Part shown: positions 37,162 to 47,204 of the stretch, in pieces | Layout of the letters: every line of letters starts with the position of its first letter | Position numbering within the stretch: the stretch's first letter is position 1 | Virus record (IMG/VR): IMGVR_UViG_3300028887_000077 | Location: 64,001-128,000 of that record | DNA from: a virus | Lineage: Duplodnaviria; Caudoviricetes | DNA length: 64,000 bases | Strand: one strand, 5' to 3' | Notes under the pieces: model-generated | The model's database searches: none | What the model saw: only the letters and a program-made list of their open reading frames with translations | What the model was told of the DNA's origin: nothing | Translations under genes and position numbers: made by a program

Positions 37162-37373
37162 CGGTTTTCACCTCCTTCCTCAATAGGCTCAAACGAGAAA
37201 AATGTTGTTTCGCTGCGAAGTTTATGCAATCTTAGATCTTCGATCGAAATACAGTCGTGGCATGGGACTTCCGTGGTGAGTTTGTTATGATGTTTGCATA
37301 ATTTGCAAGGCGAACGATCAAATCCGTCATCATCAACAAACCCTTTTCTTGGTTTTGGTCTCATAATTTCCAT
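37158..37373 (-). CDS. small Cys-containing protein
   Basis: CKLCKH..PCHDC. Confidence 0.65.
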   Translation of the reverse strand: MEIMRPKPRKGFVDDDGFDRSPCKLCKHHNKLTTEVPCHDCISIEDLRLHKLRSETTFFSFEPIEEGGENR

Positions 37374-37924
37374 TAATTTTCACCACCTTTCTCTTCGGTT
37401 GCTTTCTTGTTCGCGGGATGGTTCTCGTCCCAGAACGTGACGCTATCTATATATAGACCGTCTTTTCTCGCCGCGTTCATGCACCAGACGAAGAGGTCCG
37501 TGATTTCAACGAAGTTGTCTTCCTCGGTGTAATAATCGAGGTCTTCGTCAGTTTCTTTGCCGTTAATATCCCCGTCTGCGACACCATCACAGAGCCAGTA
37601 GTTGAGACAGATATCCTCGTCGTTAATAGATCTTGCAAGGAAATCCATCGCGCGTATTGCATCTGCGCGAGCGTGCATGTTGCTCGGAATTACGCCGATC
37701 TCTTTGTTTGTCCTCGCGCAACGTACGACTTCCGCGAACAACAGATAAAGCCTGTTGAGCTCCTCCGTTTCGACGTTCTTTGCGTCGTCGACATTGATCT
37801 CCGGCCAGATGACGTCACAAGACGCCGGTTCAATAATCGGAATGAGCATGGTCATATATTTGACCATATCATACCTCTCTTCGACGTTGCTTTTGATGTA
37901 TTTAAATTTTTCTTCGCAGTACAT
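37373..37924 (-). CDS. hypothetical protein
   Basis: AAGGAG RBS; NDED..WL..GVADG. Confidence 0.75.
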   Translation of the reverse strand: MYCEEKFKYIKSNVEERYDMVKYMTMLIPIIEPASCDVIWPEINVDDAKNVETEELNRLYLLFAEVVRCARTNKEIGVIPSNMHARADAIRAMDFLARSINDEDICLNYWLCDGVADGDINGKETDEDLDYYTEEDNFVEITDLFVWCMNAARKDGLYIDSVTFWDENHPANKKATEEKGGEN

Positions 37925-37959
37925 GTTTTATCTCCTTTCGTTTTTCAATGGTCCTACCT

Positions 37960-38226
37960 TCAGATTTTATAACCACAAAGCATTTGTGAAACGAGACGAT
38001 TTTCTTTCGCGGCAACTTCGAGTGCTTCGGATTCGGTTTTTGCCTCATATACACCGAGGAACATATCTCCGTTGCGGTCGATCCATGCGCCATCGTCATT
38101 GTCGAGGAAATCCCAGATATCCTCATCGTCCTCCCAGTCAATGCCCTCGTTTTCGGCGGAGAGGCAGTCTGCGATTTGGGTGTCCCTCGTGTAAACCTCT
38201 TTGATGCAAACAACATATTTGTTCAT
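37960..38226 (-). CDS. hypothetical protein
   Basis: AAGGAGG RBS. Confidence 0.75.
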   Translation of the reverse strand: MNKYVVCIKEVYTRDTQIADCLSAENEGIDWEDDEDIWDFLDNDDGAWIDRNGDMFLGVYEAKTESEALEVAAKENRLVSQMLCGYKI

Positions 38227-38242
38227 TTTCTGTTTCCTCCTT

Positions 38243-38541
38243 TTATTTTTTCAGATACTCAAGAATTGCTTTGCTCAGACAATGCCAGTGGATGTTCCAG
38301 TAGGTGTCGTAGTCGCAGAGACGATCATGAAAGTCGGAAGAGATCTTTTCGATATCATGATCGTTAAGGTTTTGATGTCAATTGCCTCGGAAAGGTCTTC
38401 GTCTTGTTGGATCAGATTGTCAATGTCCTCTTTCAGATATTTACGTTCTTTCTCGCGATAGATCACCTCCTTCTCCTCAGAAGTTAGGGTGATGACGATG
38501 TCAATGTTTACACCGTCCTGTTCGATAGTACGCTTGATCAT
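38243..38541 (-). pseudogene. frameshifted hypothetical gene (or sequencing error)
   Basis: frame change at A4 run (38370..38373); alternative frame LNDHDIEKISSDFHDRLCDYDTYWNIHWHCLSKAILEYLKK stops at 38243 right before the next RBS. Confidence 0.6.
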
Positions 38542-38786
38542 TTGAATCCTCTCCTTTCTTTTTTAAGATACTTGCAATACTTTTTACGACCGCGTTTTCC
38601 GTCGTGACCGGTAAAGTCCTTGAGGAATTTATCGAAGTCGTAATATTCCTGAATTGGTCCGTTTTCTCCTCCGATAATCCAAACGTCTTCGAACCCGTCA
38701 CCGTTTTCGATGTCTTCCTGGGACGCACACTCTTTGACGCGACATGAGTACTGTGCCCAGTATTTCTGCTTTTTCTTCCGAAACAC
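38538..38786 (-). CDS. hypothetical protein
   Basis: AAGGAGGTG RBS, GTG start. Confidence 0.7.
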   Translation of the reverse strand: MFRKKKQKYWAQYSCRVKECASQEDIENGDGFEDVWIIGGENGPIQEYYDFDKFLKDFTGHDGKRGRKKYCKYLKKERRGFK

Positions 38787-38801
38787 TTATATCACCTCCT
38801 T

Positions 38802-41033
38802 TTAATAAAGTTCAGATTCGGGAAGCGTGCAATTGCAATCACCATAGCTATGCCCTGTACACAACAAAATACTTTTGTCGCAACGGATTTTATGGTCGAG
38901 GAAATAGTGGTATGCAAACCGCATCGCGTCGGGGTCGTTACCGATCCACTTGTTGCCGAATCCGTGAATCTGTACAACGTAAGGACCATCGCCGATACCC
39001 CTGACCTCAATCGTGTAATACGACTTATCGGGGGTTTCGTTGGTGCGAAGGAAAAGGATCGTGGTTGAGCGCTCAAGATGTCTCGTCGCATATCCACCGA
39101 CGCAATGATGAAGCATCTGTCCCTCGTTCGTGATCTCGGCTTCAGTCATCGGGACGACAATTCTGAAGCTTTCGCCGATATATTCGTAGTTTTCACGAAG
39201 AAGCTCCAGCGCCTTTTTCGCCTTTCTTTCAAATTCTGCTTGTTCGGCGAGCGTTCTCTGCTTGTCATAGTATCCTCCGCGCTGATTGTAGCGAGCGTTT
39301 CGAATTTCGACAAGATGATCGTGCAGAACCTGAAAATCGTGCGGCGTACGAAGTGTGGTTGCGATACCATTTTGTCCGTAGAATCCTTCCGCGTTCCAAT
39401 GATTTTCTTGCATCCACATATTGATGGTATCTTTGAAGTAGTTTAAACGTCCTAGGGTGTGCGGCTTCCTCAATTCCTGCACATACATTTTGATGATACG
39501 CACAAGATTTTTGTATTTCTGAGAATCAGGATATTCCAAAATGTTATAATTATTCCAATACGGCATTGCGGGGTAATGGTCATCTCCATACACCCAGTCT
39601 ACGAAAATGTCAAAGTCGTTGCTTAAACGCTTTGAAAGTTCGTTGACACCAAACAGACGACGCAATATAACAACGATTGATTCGGTCATTCCCAGATTTG
39701 AGTAAGAATAACGATACTCGTTGTTGTTGCGAGGGGCCGTTCTGCGTAATTTTTCGTCGATATATTCGGCTTGTTTTCTGGAGATTCCATAGGCTTTGAG
39801 AACGCTTGTGTTTTCTTTGAGGTAGTCGATGTTGAACGCGTAGTTTGTTCTGTTGGTTGTAAACGAACCGCCGTACAAACATCCTTCTGCGGCGTATGGT
39901 AATCCCATTTTTACGAATTGTTCAACGGGATATGCCTTTTCAAGCGCTGGAATTTGATCCGGACGAATGCGCGAAAAACACGGAAGCTCCGTAATCCACG
40001 AAAGCTTGGGATGGTCTTTAAAGATCTGGATGGCGCCGTGAATGTTAATTTCGGAACTAAGTTCGACATTTTGGTTTTGCACATATTCAACGGTCTTTTC
40101 GTTTCTATCAATCAAGAACGAGGTTGTTTTCTTTCCGTTGATTAACGTCGCATATACTATTTGCCTACTATCCACGTAGACATGGTTCATATATCCACTC
40201 CACGTTGACGGCCAATAGAACATATAAACCTTTCCGATCTTTTCGGACCTCATATGGAGTCCTTCGGGATGACAAGACGACAGGATTTTATCGACGTCAA
40301 TAAGTTTTCTCATTGCGTCAATTTCTTTTTCGCGATCAGTCTTTCCCCCAGTCGGGACGGATTGACGTTGTTGCGAGATTGCAAGTTTTACCAACCATAT
40401 AGGGTATACACAGCGTCCACTCGCAACTTCTTTGCATATCCAGTCCTGAGTGGTTTTCTTATATGTGTTTGTGATAAAATTCCATAGCTCCAACATCCTC
40501 TCCGGTGCCGGACGGCAATTGTACACATTCATAGACGATAAAAGCCGCCTCATACCGCAGGTTGTCCATGCAAAATATGGAAAGTTCACCTTAGAAATCG
40601 GCTTGCACGTCCCGTCCTCGAAATATGCTCGTCCGCCCGGTCTTAGATCAATATACGCCTTGGTATATTGTGCGCCGTAAATTCCGATTTCCTCCGGTTT
40701 CAACGTGGTCCATTTTCTTTTAGCCACGTTCGGTTCGGTTTTCGATCCGGGGAGTTTCAGAATTTGTATTCTGAGAAAATCGTCTCCGACGTCGAAGTCG
40801 AGGCCATAATGCCAGGAACGAGGCATTATGTCTTTTTCCCATTGCCATCTGTAACCCTCAATTGTCGCGCCATACAGACAACAAAGATCGTCTTTGGTTA
40901 CTTCATCGGATCTCTTCCTTTTGCTGTCAATCCTCATGATGATGGGCAATTGGGAGCATCCCTTGTGCTCCCGGTCGAACTTCTTGATTTTTGCGATGGC
41001 TTCTTTGGGTGTCATTTGTGCGACCTTTTTCAT
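38802..41033 (-). CDS. PcfJ-domain protein
   Basis: C-terminal EITNEGQMLHHCVGGY..TTILFLR..YYTIEV..QIHG. Confidence 0.85.
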   Translation of the reverse strand: MKKVAQMTPKEAIAKIKKFDREHKGCSQLPIIMRIDSKRKRSDEVTKDDLCCLYGATIEGYRWQWEKDIMPRSWHYGLDFDVGDDFLRIQILKLPGSKTEPNVAKRKWTTLKPEEIGIYGAQYTKAYIDLRPGGRAYFEDGTCKPISKVNFPYFAWTTCGMRRLLSSMNVYNCRPAPERMLELWNFITNTYKKTTQDWICKEVASGRCVYPIWLVKLAISQQRQSVPTGGKTDREKEIDAMRKLIDVDKILSSCHPEGLHMRSEKIGKVYMFYWPSTWSGYMNHVYVDSRQIVYATLINGKKTTSFLIDRNEKTVEYVQNQNVELSSEINIHGAIQIFKDHPKLSWITELPCFSRIRPDQIPALEKAYPVEQFVKMGLPYAAEGCLYGGSFTTNRTNYAFNIDYLKENTSVLKAYGISRKQAEYIDEKLRRTAPRNNNEYRYSYSNLGMTESIVVILRRLFGVNELSKRLSNDFDIFVDWVYGDDHYPAMPYWNNYNILEYPDSQKYKNLVRIIKMYVQELRKPHTLGRLNYFKDTINMWMQENHWNAEGFYGQNGIATTLRTPHDFQVLHDHLVEIRNARYNQRGGYYDKQRTLAEQAEFERKAKKALELLRENYEYIGESFRIVVPMTEAEITNEGQMLHHCVGGYATRHLERSTTILFLRTNETPDKSYYTIEVRGIGDGPYVVQIHGFGNKWIGNDPDAMRFAYHYFLDHKIRCDKSILLCTGHSYGDCNCTLPESELY

Positions 41034-41050
41034 TTTAGTTGCTCCTTTCT

Positions 41051-43213
41051 TTAATCTTCGTCGGTTAATATCGATTCGTCAAGCATGTTTGTGTCATATC
41101 CCACATACCCGCTCGACGTGCGCAAAAGGATATATTTGTCACACTCCACATTATGCGACTTAAAGTAACGATACAGGAATATTGCGGCGTCAGGATCGTT
41201 ACCGACCCACTTGTTGTAGACACCATGCACCTGCGCAACTCGGTAATGACGACCTTCGTGAGCGCGAATCTCAATGGTGTAAAATGAAGTGTCGATTTCT
41301 TCATTCTTTCTTAAGAACAAAATTGTGGTCTCGTTCTTAAGATGCCTTTCGGCGTATCCACCGACACAGTGATGCAAAGAATCCCCTTCTTGCCTTACGT
41401 CGGAGAGCTTCATTGGGAACAGGACAGAGAATTTTTCATTCGAAAACTCCCATTTTTCTTTGCGCTTTTTGTTTTCCCCTTCCAGACTTTCCCAATACTT
41501 TTGTCGCTCTTCATCTCTTTTTCGTTCAGCATCTTTTGAGTTTTCTCTGCATTTTTCCGTATAAAAATCGTGCTTTCTTATGATGTCTTGATATGAGTGG
41601 ATTGTCGGCATTACCTCGAGCCAGAATTCCTTTGGTACGGCATGCGGCGCACAAACAAGAGATATATTTGTGAAACCGGTTTCTTCATATTTGAAATTCT
41701 GCACATACATGTCAACAAGATCGTATGAGATCCTGCCATATTGCTTGTCTATTAGCCTCAGAAACTTTTTCTTTTGGTCCATTATAATGTCTTGCTCAGC
41801 TTTTGTGATTGTTTCCGCGACGTAATATGGGGTTGAAAATACATTACGAAGATCTGACCAGGACCAACTGCGCCAACGACGCAGATCTTTCATACATCCA
41901 AAGATGGTTTCAAAGTCTTTTTCTTTGGAAACGCTTTCGGAAAAACAAAAGAACCCGTTAATAGTCTCGAAAAGGCTTTCAGCCGACTCCTTTGATATAT
42001 ATGTTTCTTCAAAATATTTATCAATGACCTCGGCTTGCTTTTTGGTCATCCCGTAATATTTTAACACGTTGCCGGTTTTTCGATTTCCGCCATGAAGCAA
42101 CATGTGGATGTGAAGAAGATTGTATAGCCCCATCTTTGAAAGCTGTTCGTAGAAAACATTAGATATGCTCCTCACAAGCACCACAGGATCAACCTTCTCA
42201 CTTTCGTTGTTTAGCATCTTGCTCACCCATCCAATATCAGGATCGCCGGCAAAGACAGACAGTTTTTCTGCAGTAAGTTTATATTCCTTATCAGAAGGCA
42301 CGTCGTTGATACGAATTTTTTCGCCATAATTCAAGGAGAACGCACAGTATTCTTTGCCGACAAGATACAAAACTGGGGCCTTCCATGAGTTATAAAAAAA
42401 TATTTGATAAACGTTTTTACCATCATATTGCTCGGGTATTTTATATACATACGCTCCTTTTGTTTGTTTATATCTGTTTGCGTGCGCCCACGACCAACAA
42501 AACGCGTTGCGCTTTTCAATGTCTGTTCTGGCGCCATTATAAATTGTCGGTTTCGTAAGAAAATATGCCACCATGCGTTCAAAATCATCCGTGTTTCTTA
42601 CATCGTACCAGCACGACAGATCACATCCGACGTTTCTTAGACCGCTTTTCACAACAGGCAGGTTTGAATAGCACACCTGTTTCATTTCCTTAAACGTAGC
42701 AAGCTTTCTGCGTATGGACAAGATTCCTTTGTAATAGGAGGTGTTGTTTTTTGGTTTAATGCACGGAAATATTTTGTCAGATTTCCGAACGGTGTTCCCG
42801 TTTTTGTCATAAATTTTATTGGTTAAGACATCGATGTAGATTTCAAAATCGGCCTTTTGCCAATAAACATGAGTTTTCCAATAAGCATTGTATATATTCT
42901 TGCTCCCTCTCAAATCCGGAATGTCTGCCTTGATTTCATACATGCAAACTAAGCCGATATATTCGTCAATATCGACCATCATACCATAGACGCATTTGGG
43001 AGGAATTGCATTGGACGACCAGGAGTAACTGTGCCCATTGTAACTACTGCCAAAATGCCTTTGTTCGGCCATGTATGTGATTTTTCCGTTTTTTTCCTTA
43101 ATCTCGTATTTATACATAGGGATGTATGCGCTCGGACCAAAACAGTCGCATTCGGCTTCCGGGATAGGGTGTTTTTCTTTGTACCTTTCTATTTTCTCTT
43201 TGATAGTCATCAT
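41051..43213 (-). CDS. PcfJ-domain protein
   Basis: DVRQEGDSLHHCVGGY..TTILFLR..FYTIEI..QVHG. Confidence 0.85.
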   Translation of the reverse strand: MMTIKEKIERYKEKHPIPEAECDCFGPSAYIPMYKYEIKEKNGKITYMAEQRHFGSSYNGHSYSWSSNAIPPKCVYGMMVDIDEYIGLVCMYEIKADIPDLRGSKNIYNAYWKTHVYWQKADFEIYIDVLTNKIYDKNGNTVRKSDKIFPCIKPKNNTSYYKGILSIRRKLATFKEMKQVCYSNLPVVKSGLRNVGCDLSCWYDVRNTDDFERMVAYFLTKPTIYNGARTDIEKRNAFCWSWAHANRYKQTKGAYVYKIPEQYDGKNVYQIFFYNSWKAPVLYLVGKEYCAFSLNYGEKIRINDVPSDKEYKLTAEKLSVFAGDPDIGWVSKMLNNESEKVDPVVLVRSISNVFYEQLSKMGLYNLLHIHMLLHGGNRKTGNVLKYYGMTKKQAEVIDKYFEETYISKESAESLFETINGFFCFSESVSKEKDFETIFGCMKDLRRWRSWSWSDLRNVFSTPYYVAETITKAEQDIIMDQKKKFLRLIDKQYGRISYDLVDMYVQNFKYEETGFTNISLVCAPHAVPKEFWLEVMPTIHSYQDIIRKHDFYTEKCRENSKDAERKRDEERQKYWESLEGENKKRKEKWEFSNEKFSVLFPMKLSDVRQEGDSLHHCVGGYAERHLKNETTILFLRKNEEIDTSFYTIEIRAHEGRHYRVAQVHGVYNKWVGNDPDAAIFLYRYFKSHNVECDKYILLRTSSGYVGYDTNMLDESILTDED

Positions 43214-43248
43214 GATGATGACCTCCTTTTTAATTTTGGTTTTTGTGA

Positions 43249-43278
43249 AAAGGGAGAGGCATTTCTGCCCCTCCCTTG
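43249..43278 (-). terminator. intrinsic terminator-like hairpin
   Basis: minus strand AAGGGAGGGGCAG-AAA-TGCCTCTCCCTT followed by T-rich sequence. Confidence 0.7.
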
Positions 43279-43294
43279 CTGAGGTGTGTGTGAG

Positions 43295-43762
43295 TTACCG
43301 GGCGAGTTTCACGCGGTCGATCAGGATGTTCTTGATTGCCTCGTTGGGAAGCTCGACGTCGCCGAGATCTTTCAGGTCCGCAACGACCTTCCCGCAAAGG
43401 GAGCGGGCGTTGCGTTCGGTGTAGTCGATGATGATGTCGGCGGCTCCAACCTTGATCTGCTCGAGCGCACAGGTGGCGACGAGACCGGCATCACTCAGTT
43501 TCGCAATCTGCGTGAGCTTGTCGACCGCTTCCCGGGTGGTCTCGCTTCCGTCGACGGCTTCCTGAATGGCCTTTTCCATAGCTTCGCGATCGGCCTCGGA
43601 CGTGTACCCGGCGCATCCAACGGTCTGTCCGTTGATGCTGATCATCGTGAACTTCGTGCCGGTCTCGCTGATCTTCTGGAGCAGTTCAACCGTGTTCTTC
43701 TTGGTTTCAGTCTTGGTGATGTTGATGCCCTTGTTGGTGTTGTTGGTGTTCTGGTTTGCCAT
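43295..43762 (-). CDS. hypothetical protein, probably highly expressed
   Basis: A-rich leader with AAGGAG RBS, C-ending codon bias, own terminator. Confidence 0.8.
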   Translation of the reverse strand: MANQNTNNTNKGINITKTETKKNTVELLQKISETGTKFTMISINGQTVGCAGYTSEADREAMEKAIQEAVDGSETTREAVDKLTQIAKLSDAGLVATCALEQIKVGAADIIIDYTERNARSLCGKVVADLKDLGDVELPNEAIKNILIDRVKLAR

Positions 43763-43934
43763 GATTTGTGTCTCCTTTTGTTTTGTTTTTGTTTTGTCCA
43801 AATTGTGAATCGGTGTAAGTTGTCCCTTCTGAACAACCCCACACATCCAGTCGTCTCTCTTATTTTTATGTTGCCACATTGTGTGGCCCAGAGACCGTGA
43901 TGCATGTCTTGTTTACGCCGAACGGATAACTGAA

Positions 43935-44132
43935 TTACGGAAGGATTCTACGTTTTTCTCCGCCGATATTACGACGGTTGTGGCCATCCTTCCACGGGAC
44001 GCGCTTCTTTTTGAATTCGCGTCTTTCGTACTCAACCGGATCTTTCGATCTCTTGGGGCGATCGACCTGGCTGAGACAGTCCATGCTGAGGTTTTCAATT
44101 GTCAGGTTTTCGACGATGATTTTGATTTTCAT
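43935..44132 (-). CDS. small basic hypothetical protein
   Basis: tiles operon. Confidence 0.55.
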   Translation of the reverse strand: MKIKIIVENLTIENLSMDCLSQVDRPKRSKDPVEYERREFKKKRVPWKDGHNRRNIGGEKRRILP

Positions 44133-45012
44133 CTTTCTTCACTCCCTCATTGAGAATTTTGATGACTTCTTCTCGTGTAAGAATACGTTGCGGAATAATC
44201 CAGCGAGCGCACCTTTTGCTGGAGCCCATTCCTCCCTTTTGTTCATTTGACACTTCGCATTCCGCGATTACGAAGTCCTTGCCGTATTCTCCGTAGTAGT
44301 AATCGAAGATTTCGAAGAGATTTGTGCAATAATGGAGGCCGTTTTCGCAAAGCGTAAGTATTCCTTTCACAAAAGATCTTCTTCCGACCCTGTATGTCTT
44401 GTTACGACAAACAAGACTACCGTCTGGCGACAAGCCAAAAGCTTTATAGTTTTTACGAGCGGACTTTAAATAGGTTCTATAAAACGCACCAAGGCCGATA
44501 CTCATAACCCCACTCCCGATGACGATCGTCTTCAGTTTAGAACACTCTCGGAACGCGCCGTGTCCAACGCTCACGACGCTGTCAGGAATGGCGATCGAGG
44601 TCAGACTAGAACAACCGTAAAACGCGGCGTCTCCAATATCCGTAACGCTGTTTCCAATGGCGATCGATTTCAACCTTGCGCAGCCGTAGAATGCCCAGTC
44701 TCCAATACTCGTAACGCTGTTGCCAATGGCGATTGAGGCAAGACCGCCACAACCGAAGAAGGCATGATGGCCAATACTGGTAACGCTGTCAGGGATTGTA
44801 ATCGAGGTTAGACCGTAACAGCCGCGGAACGAATGATGTTCGATACTCGTTACGCTCTCGGGGATGGTGACTGAGGTCATTTTGTAGCTGATACCGTACG
44901 CATCGAACGCCCATTCTCCGATGCTGGTGATACCGTCAGGAATGATAAATCTTCCATCTTCCGGGATATCATCATCCAATACGTTTGTGAGCACTCCATT
45001 TTTAATGTCCAT
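44095..45012 (-). CDS. BspA-type LRR protein with C-terminal CENGLHYC domain
   Basis: multiple IPDSVTSIG..AF..C repeats; GAGGT RBS. Confidence 0.9.
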   Translation of the reverse strand: MDIKNGVLTNVLDDDIPEDGRFIIPDGITSIGEWAFDAYGISYKMTSVTIPESVTSIEHHSFRGCYGLTSITIPDSVTSIGHHAFFGCGGLASIAIGNSVTSIGDWAFYGCARLKSIAIGNSVTDIGDAAFYGCSSLTSIAIPDSVVSVGHGAFRECSKLKTIVIGSGVMSIGLGAFYRTYLKSARKNYKAFGLSPDGSLVCRNKTYRVGRRSFVKGILTLCENGLHYCTNLFEIFDYYYGEYGKDFVIAECEVSNEQKGGMGSSKRCARWIIPQRILTREEVIKILNEGVKKDENQNHRRKPDN

Positions 45013-45165
45013 TTCTTTTACCTCACTTTTCGTTATTAAACAGGAGATAGTATACCCATGTGGGCATTTCTCCAATCGGTTTGTTTGCGTATTTTGCAAA
45101 TAAGTAGACCCATGCAACGACAGAGACAACCACGACGAGGACGAAAATGAATGCTACGAATTTTT

Positions 45166-46161
45166 TCATTTCTTTGCACCTCCTTCATTAAGAATTTTAA
45201 TAACTTCTTCTCTGGTAAGAATGCGCTGTGGGACGATCCAACGAGCACACCTCTTGCTGGAGTCCCGTTCTCTTTTTTGCTCCTTCGATACTTCGCACTC
45301 GGCGATTACGAAATTTTTGCCATACTCCCCATAGTAGTAGTTGAAGATTTCAAAGAGATTCGTACAGTAATGAATCCCATTAGCGCAAAGTATAAGTTCG
45401 TCCTCAACGGAAGCTTTCTCGCCGAGTTTATACGGCTTTGTACGGCAGACAAGCTCGCCATCCGGCTGAAGCCGAAAAGCCTTATAATTTTTACGAACTG
45501 ATTTCAAAGGAGTGGAGTAAAACGCATCTTCTCCGACACTCGTGACGCTATCTGGGATGATGATTGAGGTTAGCCTGTAACACCCCTTGAACGCAGAGCT
45601 TCCGATACTCGTGACACTGACGGGGATGGTGATCGAGGTCAGATTAGAGCAACAGGCGAACGCAGAGTCTCCGATGTCGGTAACACCATTGCCGATGGTG
45701 ATCTCGGTCAGCCCGGAGCAACCTTCGAACGCCCAGGCTCCGATGCTCGTGACACTGTCGGGGATGGTGACCGAGGTCAGCCCGCTACGACCACAAAACG
45801 CATAGTCTGCGATTCTCGTTCCGCTTGTAATCACGACGGTCCGCAGATTGGCTTTAGGGATCGAGAAGATCGCAGTTGAGGGAATGGTTGCCGACGTGAT
45901 TGCATAGCAACCGTTGAATGCACCACGACCGATTATCGTGACGCTTTCAGGTATGGTGATTGAGGGGAGCCCAGAGCAACCATCGAACGCAAAGTCCCCG
46001 ATACTCGTGACGCTTTCTGGAATGGTGATCGAGGTCAGATTAGTGCGGTTGGAGAACGCACAGCATCCGATGATGGTGACATCGTCAGGAACGACAAACC
46101 TCCCGTTTTTCGGGATGTCTTCGGACAACACGCTTGTGAGCACTCCGTTTTCAATTCTCAT
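45166..46161 (-). CDS. BspA-type LRR protein with C-terminal CANGIHYC domain
   Basis: multiple LTSITIPESVTSIG..AF..C repeats. Confidence 0.9.
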   Translation of the reverse strand: MRIENGVLTSVLSEDIPKNGRFVVPDDVTIIGCCAFSNRTNLTSITIPESVTSIGDFAFDGCSGLPSITIPESVTIIGRGAFNGCYAITSATIPSTAIFSIPKANLRTVVITSGTRIADYAFCGRSGLTSVTIPDSVTSIGAWAFEGCSGLTEITIGNGVTDIGDSAFACCSNLTSITIPVSVTSIGSSAFKGCYRLTSIIIPDSVTSVGEDAFYSTPLKSVRKNYKAFRLQPDGELVCRTKPYKLGEKASVEDELILCANGIHYCTNLFEIFNYYYGEYGKNFVIAECEVSKEQKRERDSSKRCARWIVPQRILTREEVIKILNEGGAKK

Positions 46162-46317
46162 CTCTTCTTTTTACCTTTCTTTTTCTTTTTGTTATTCTTT
46201 TGCTTGTGCTTGGCAAAATAGCCGGCACGCGCAGAGTTGCCCGCCATACGGAGTTCTTTTTCTATGCGGGCAAACTCTGTAATGGAATACGGTCCGGTGT
46301 TAAACGCCATACTCACT

Positions 46318-46866
46318 TCACCCCCTTCTCATTGTGAGAATTCGTTCGTACTCGAGATTCTCGGCAATTCGCTGATCCTGCTGAAGGATCCACTCGCGGA
46401 TTACCCGCTCTTTCCCATCGTCGGTCTTTTTGTCCTGCGCCTGCAGAACACCGGCGCGGACCGTGGTAAATCCGCATTGACGAATCATTGATTTGAGTTT
46501 GTCGCGCAGAATAGGGCCGAATCCTTCCACACGTCGCTCTTTGCCGCAAACAACCTCGGTGTGCCCGATTGCGATCAGATCTTCGAGAACTCGAACCTGT
46601 TCTTCGGGCGTAGGCTCCTTGTGAATCAGCATATGTTTCGCCGTGCGATACACGACGTCAAACCTGCTGTAGTCGATGTGACCATAACAGGTCTGCTTGA
46701 AGCGCAACATGCTGGGGGCTCCGGTCTTGAGCTCACTCTCGCATTGTTTTAGAATGAACTCTTTCCCGCGCTCCGAAAGGTTCTTGTCAAGAACCTTTTC
46801 GAATTCGGGTGATGTGATCATTCTCAAGATTCGTACGGTGAGCGGGGTTTCTTTTTTGCGTTTCAT
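46318..46866 (-). CDS. hypothetical protein
   Basis: AAGGAG RBS. Confidence 0.75.
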   Translation of the reverse strand: MKRKKETPLTVRILRMITSPEFEKVLDKNLSERGKEFILKQCESELKTGAPSMLRFKQTCYGHIDYSRFDVVYRTAKHMLIHKEPTPEEQVRVLEDLIAIGHTEVVCGKERRVEGFGPILRDKLKSMIRQCGFTTVRAGVLQAQDKKTDDGKERVIREWILQQDQRIAENLEYERILTMRRG

Positions 46867-46879
46867 GATGTTTTCTCCT

Positions 46880-47203
46880 TTAACAATCACATTCGATAAA
46901 TTGAACGGTGATCGGTTTAATTATTTGTGACTCTTCAAAGTTTTGTCTTTTGACAAAGTCGTTGTGTTTTTCGATCTCCTCGTTGATTTCGCTTTTCAGC
47001 TTTTCAACGACGGTTCCGGCCCTACCGATCCAGTGACCCGGAAGATTGGTGCAGATCGTAATGGTACTGTTCTCTTTGTCATAGTACCACAACGAATATA
47101 CGCGCAAGGCGCACTTCGGGGCGCTGCTGGGGTTGAAGCTTTTCGCATATCTTTTGATAATGTGATGAATAGCCGGCAGCGGCATATACGGAGACATGCT
47201 CAT
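46880..47203 (-). CDS. stand-alone type II KH domain protein, ribosomal protein uS3 N-domain-like
   Basis: ITICTNLPGHWIGRAGTVVEKLKSEI resembles uS3 I.I.T.RPG..IG..G..IE.L. Confidence 0.7.
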   Translation of the reverse strand: MSMSPYMPLPAIHHIIKRYAKSFNPSSAPKCALRVYSLWYYDKENSTITICTNLPGHWIGRAGTVVEKLKSEINEEIEKHNDFVKRQNFEESQIIKPITVQFIECDC

Positions 47204-47204
47204 A

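Noticed and set aside
25100-38800. Recurring AAAGGAGGTGAA (KGGE at C-termini) as a repeat element
   Set aside because: Explained as an extended Shine-Dalgarno complementary to Bacillota 16S rRNA.
44095-46161. Diversity-generating retroelement (TR/VR) among the LRR C-termini
   Set aside because: Differences between copies are mostly synonymous and not adenine-specific, all copies are inside ORFs, and no reverse transcriptase is present in the window.
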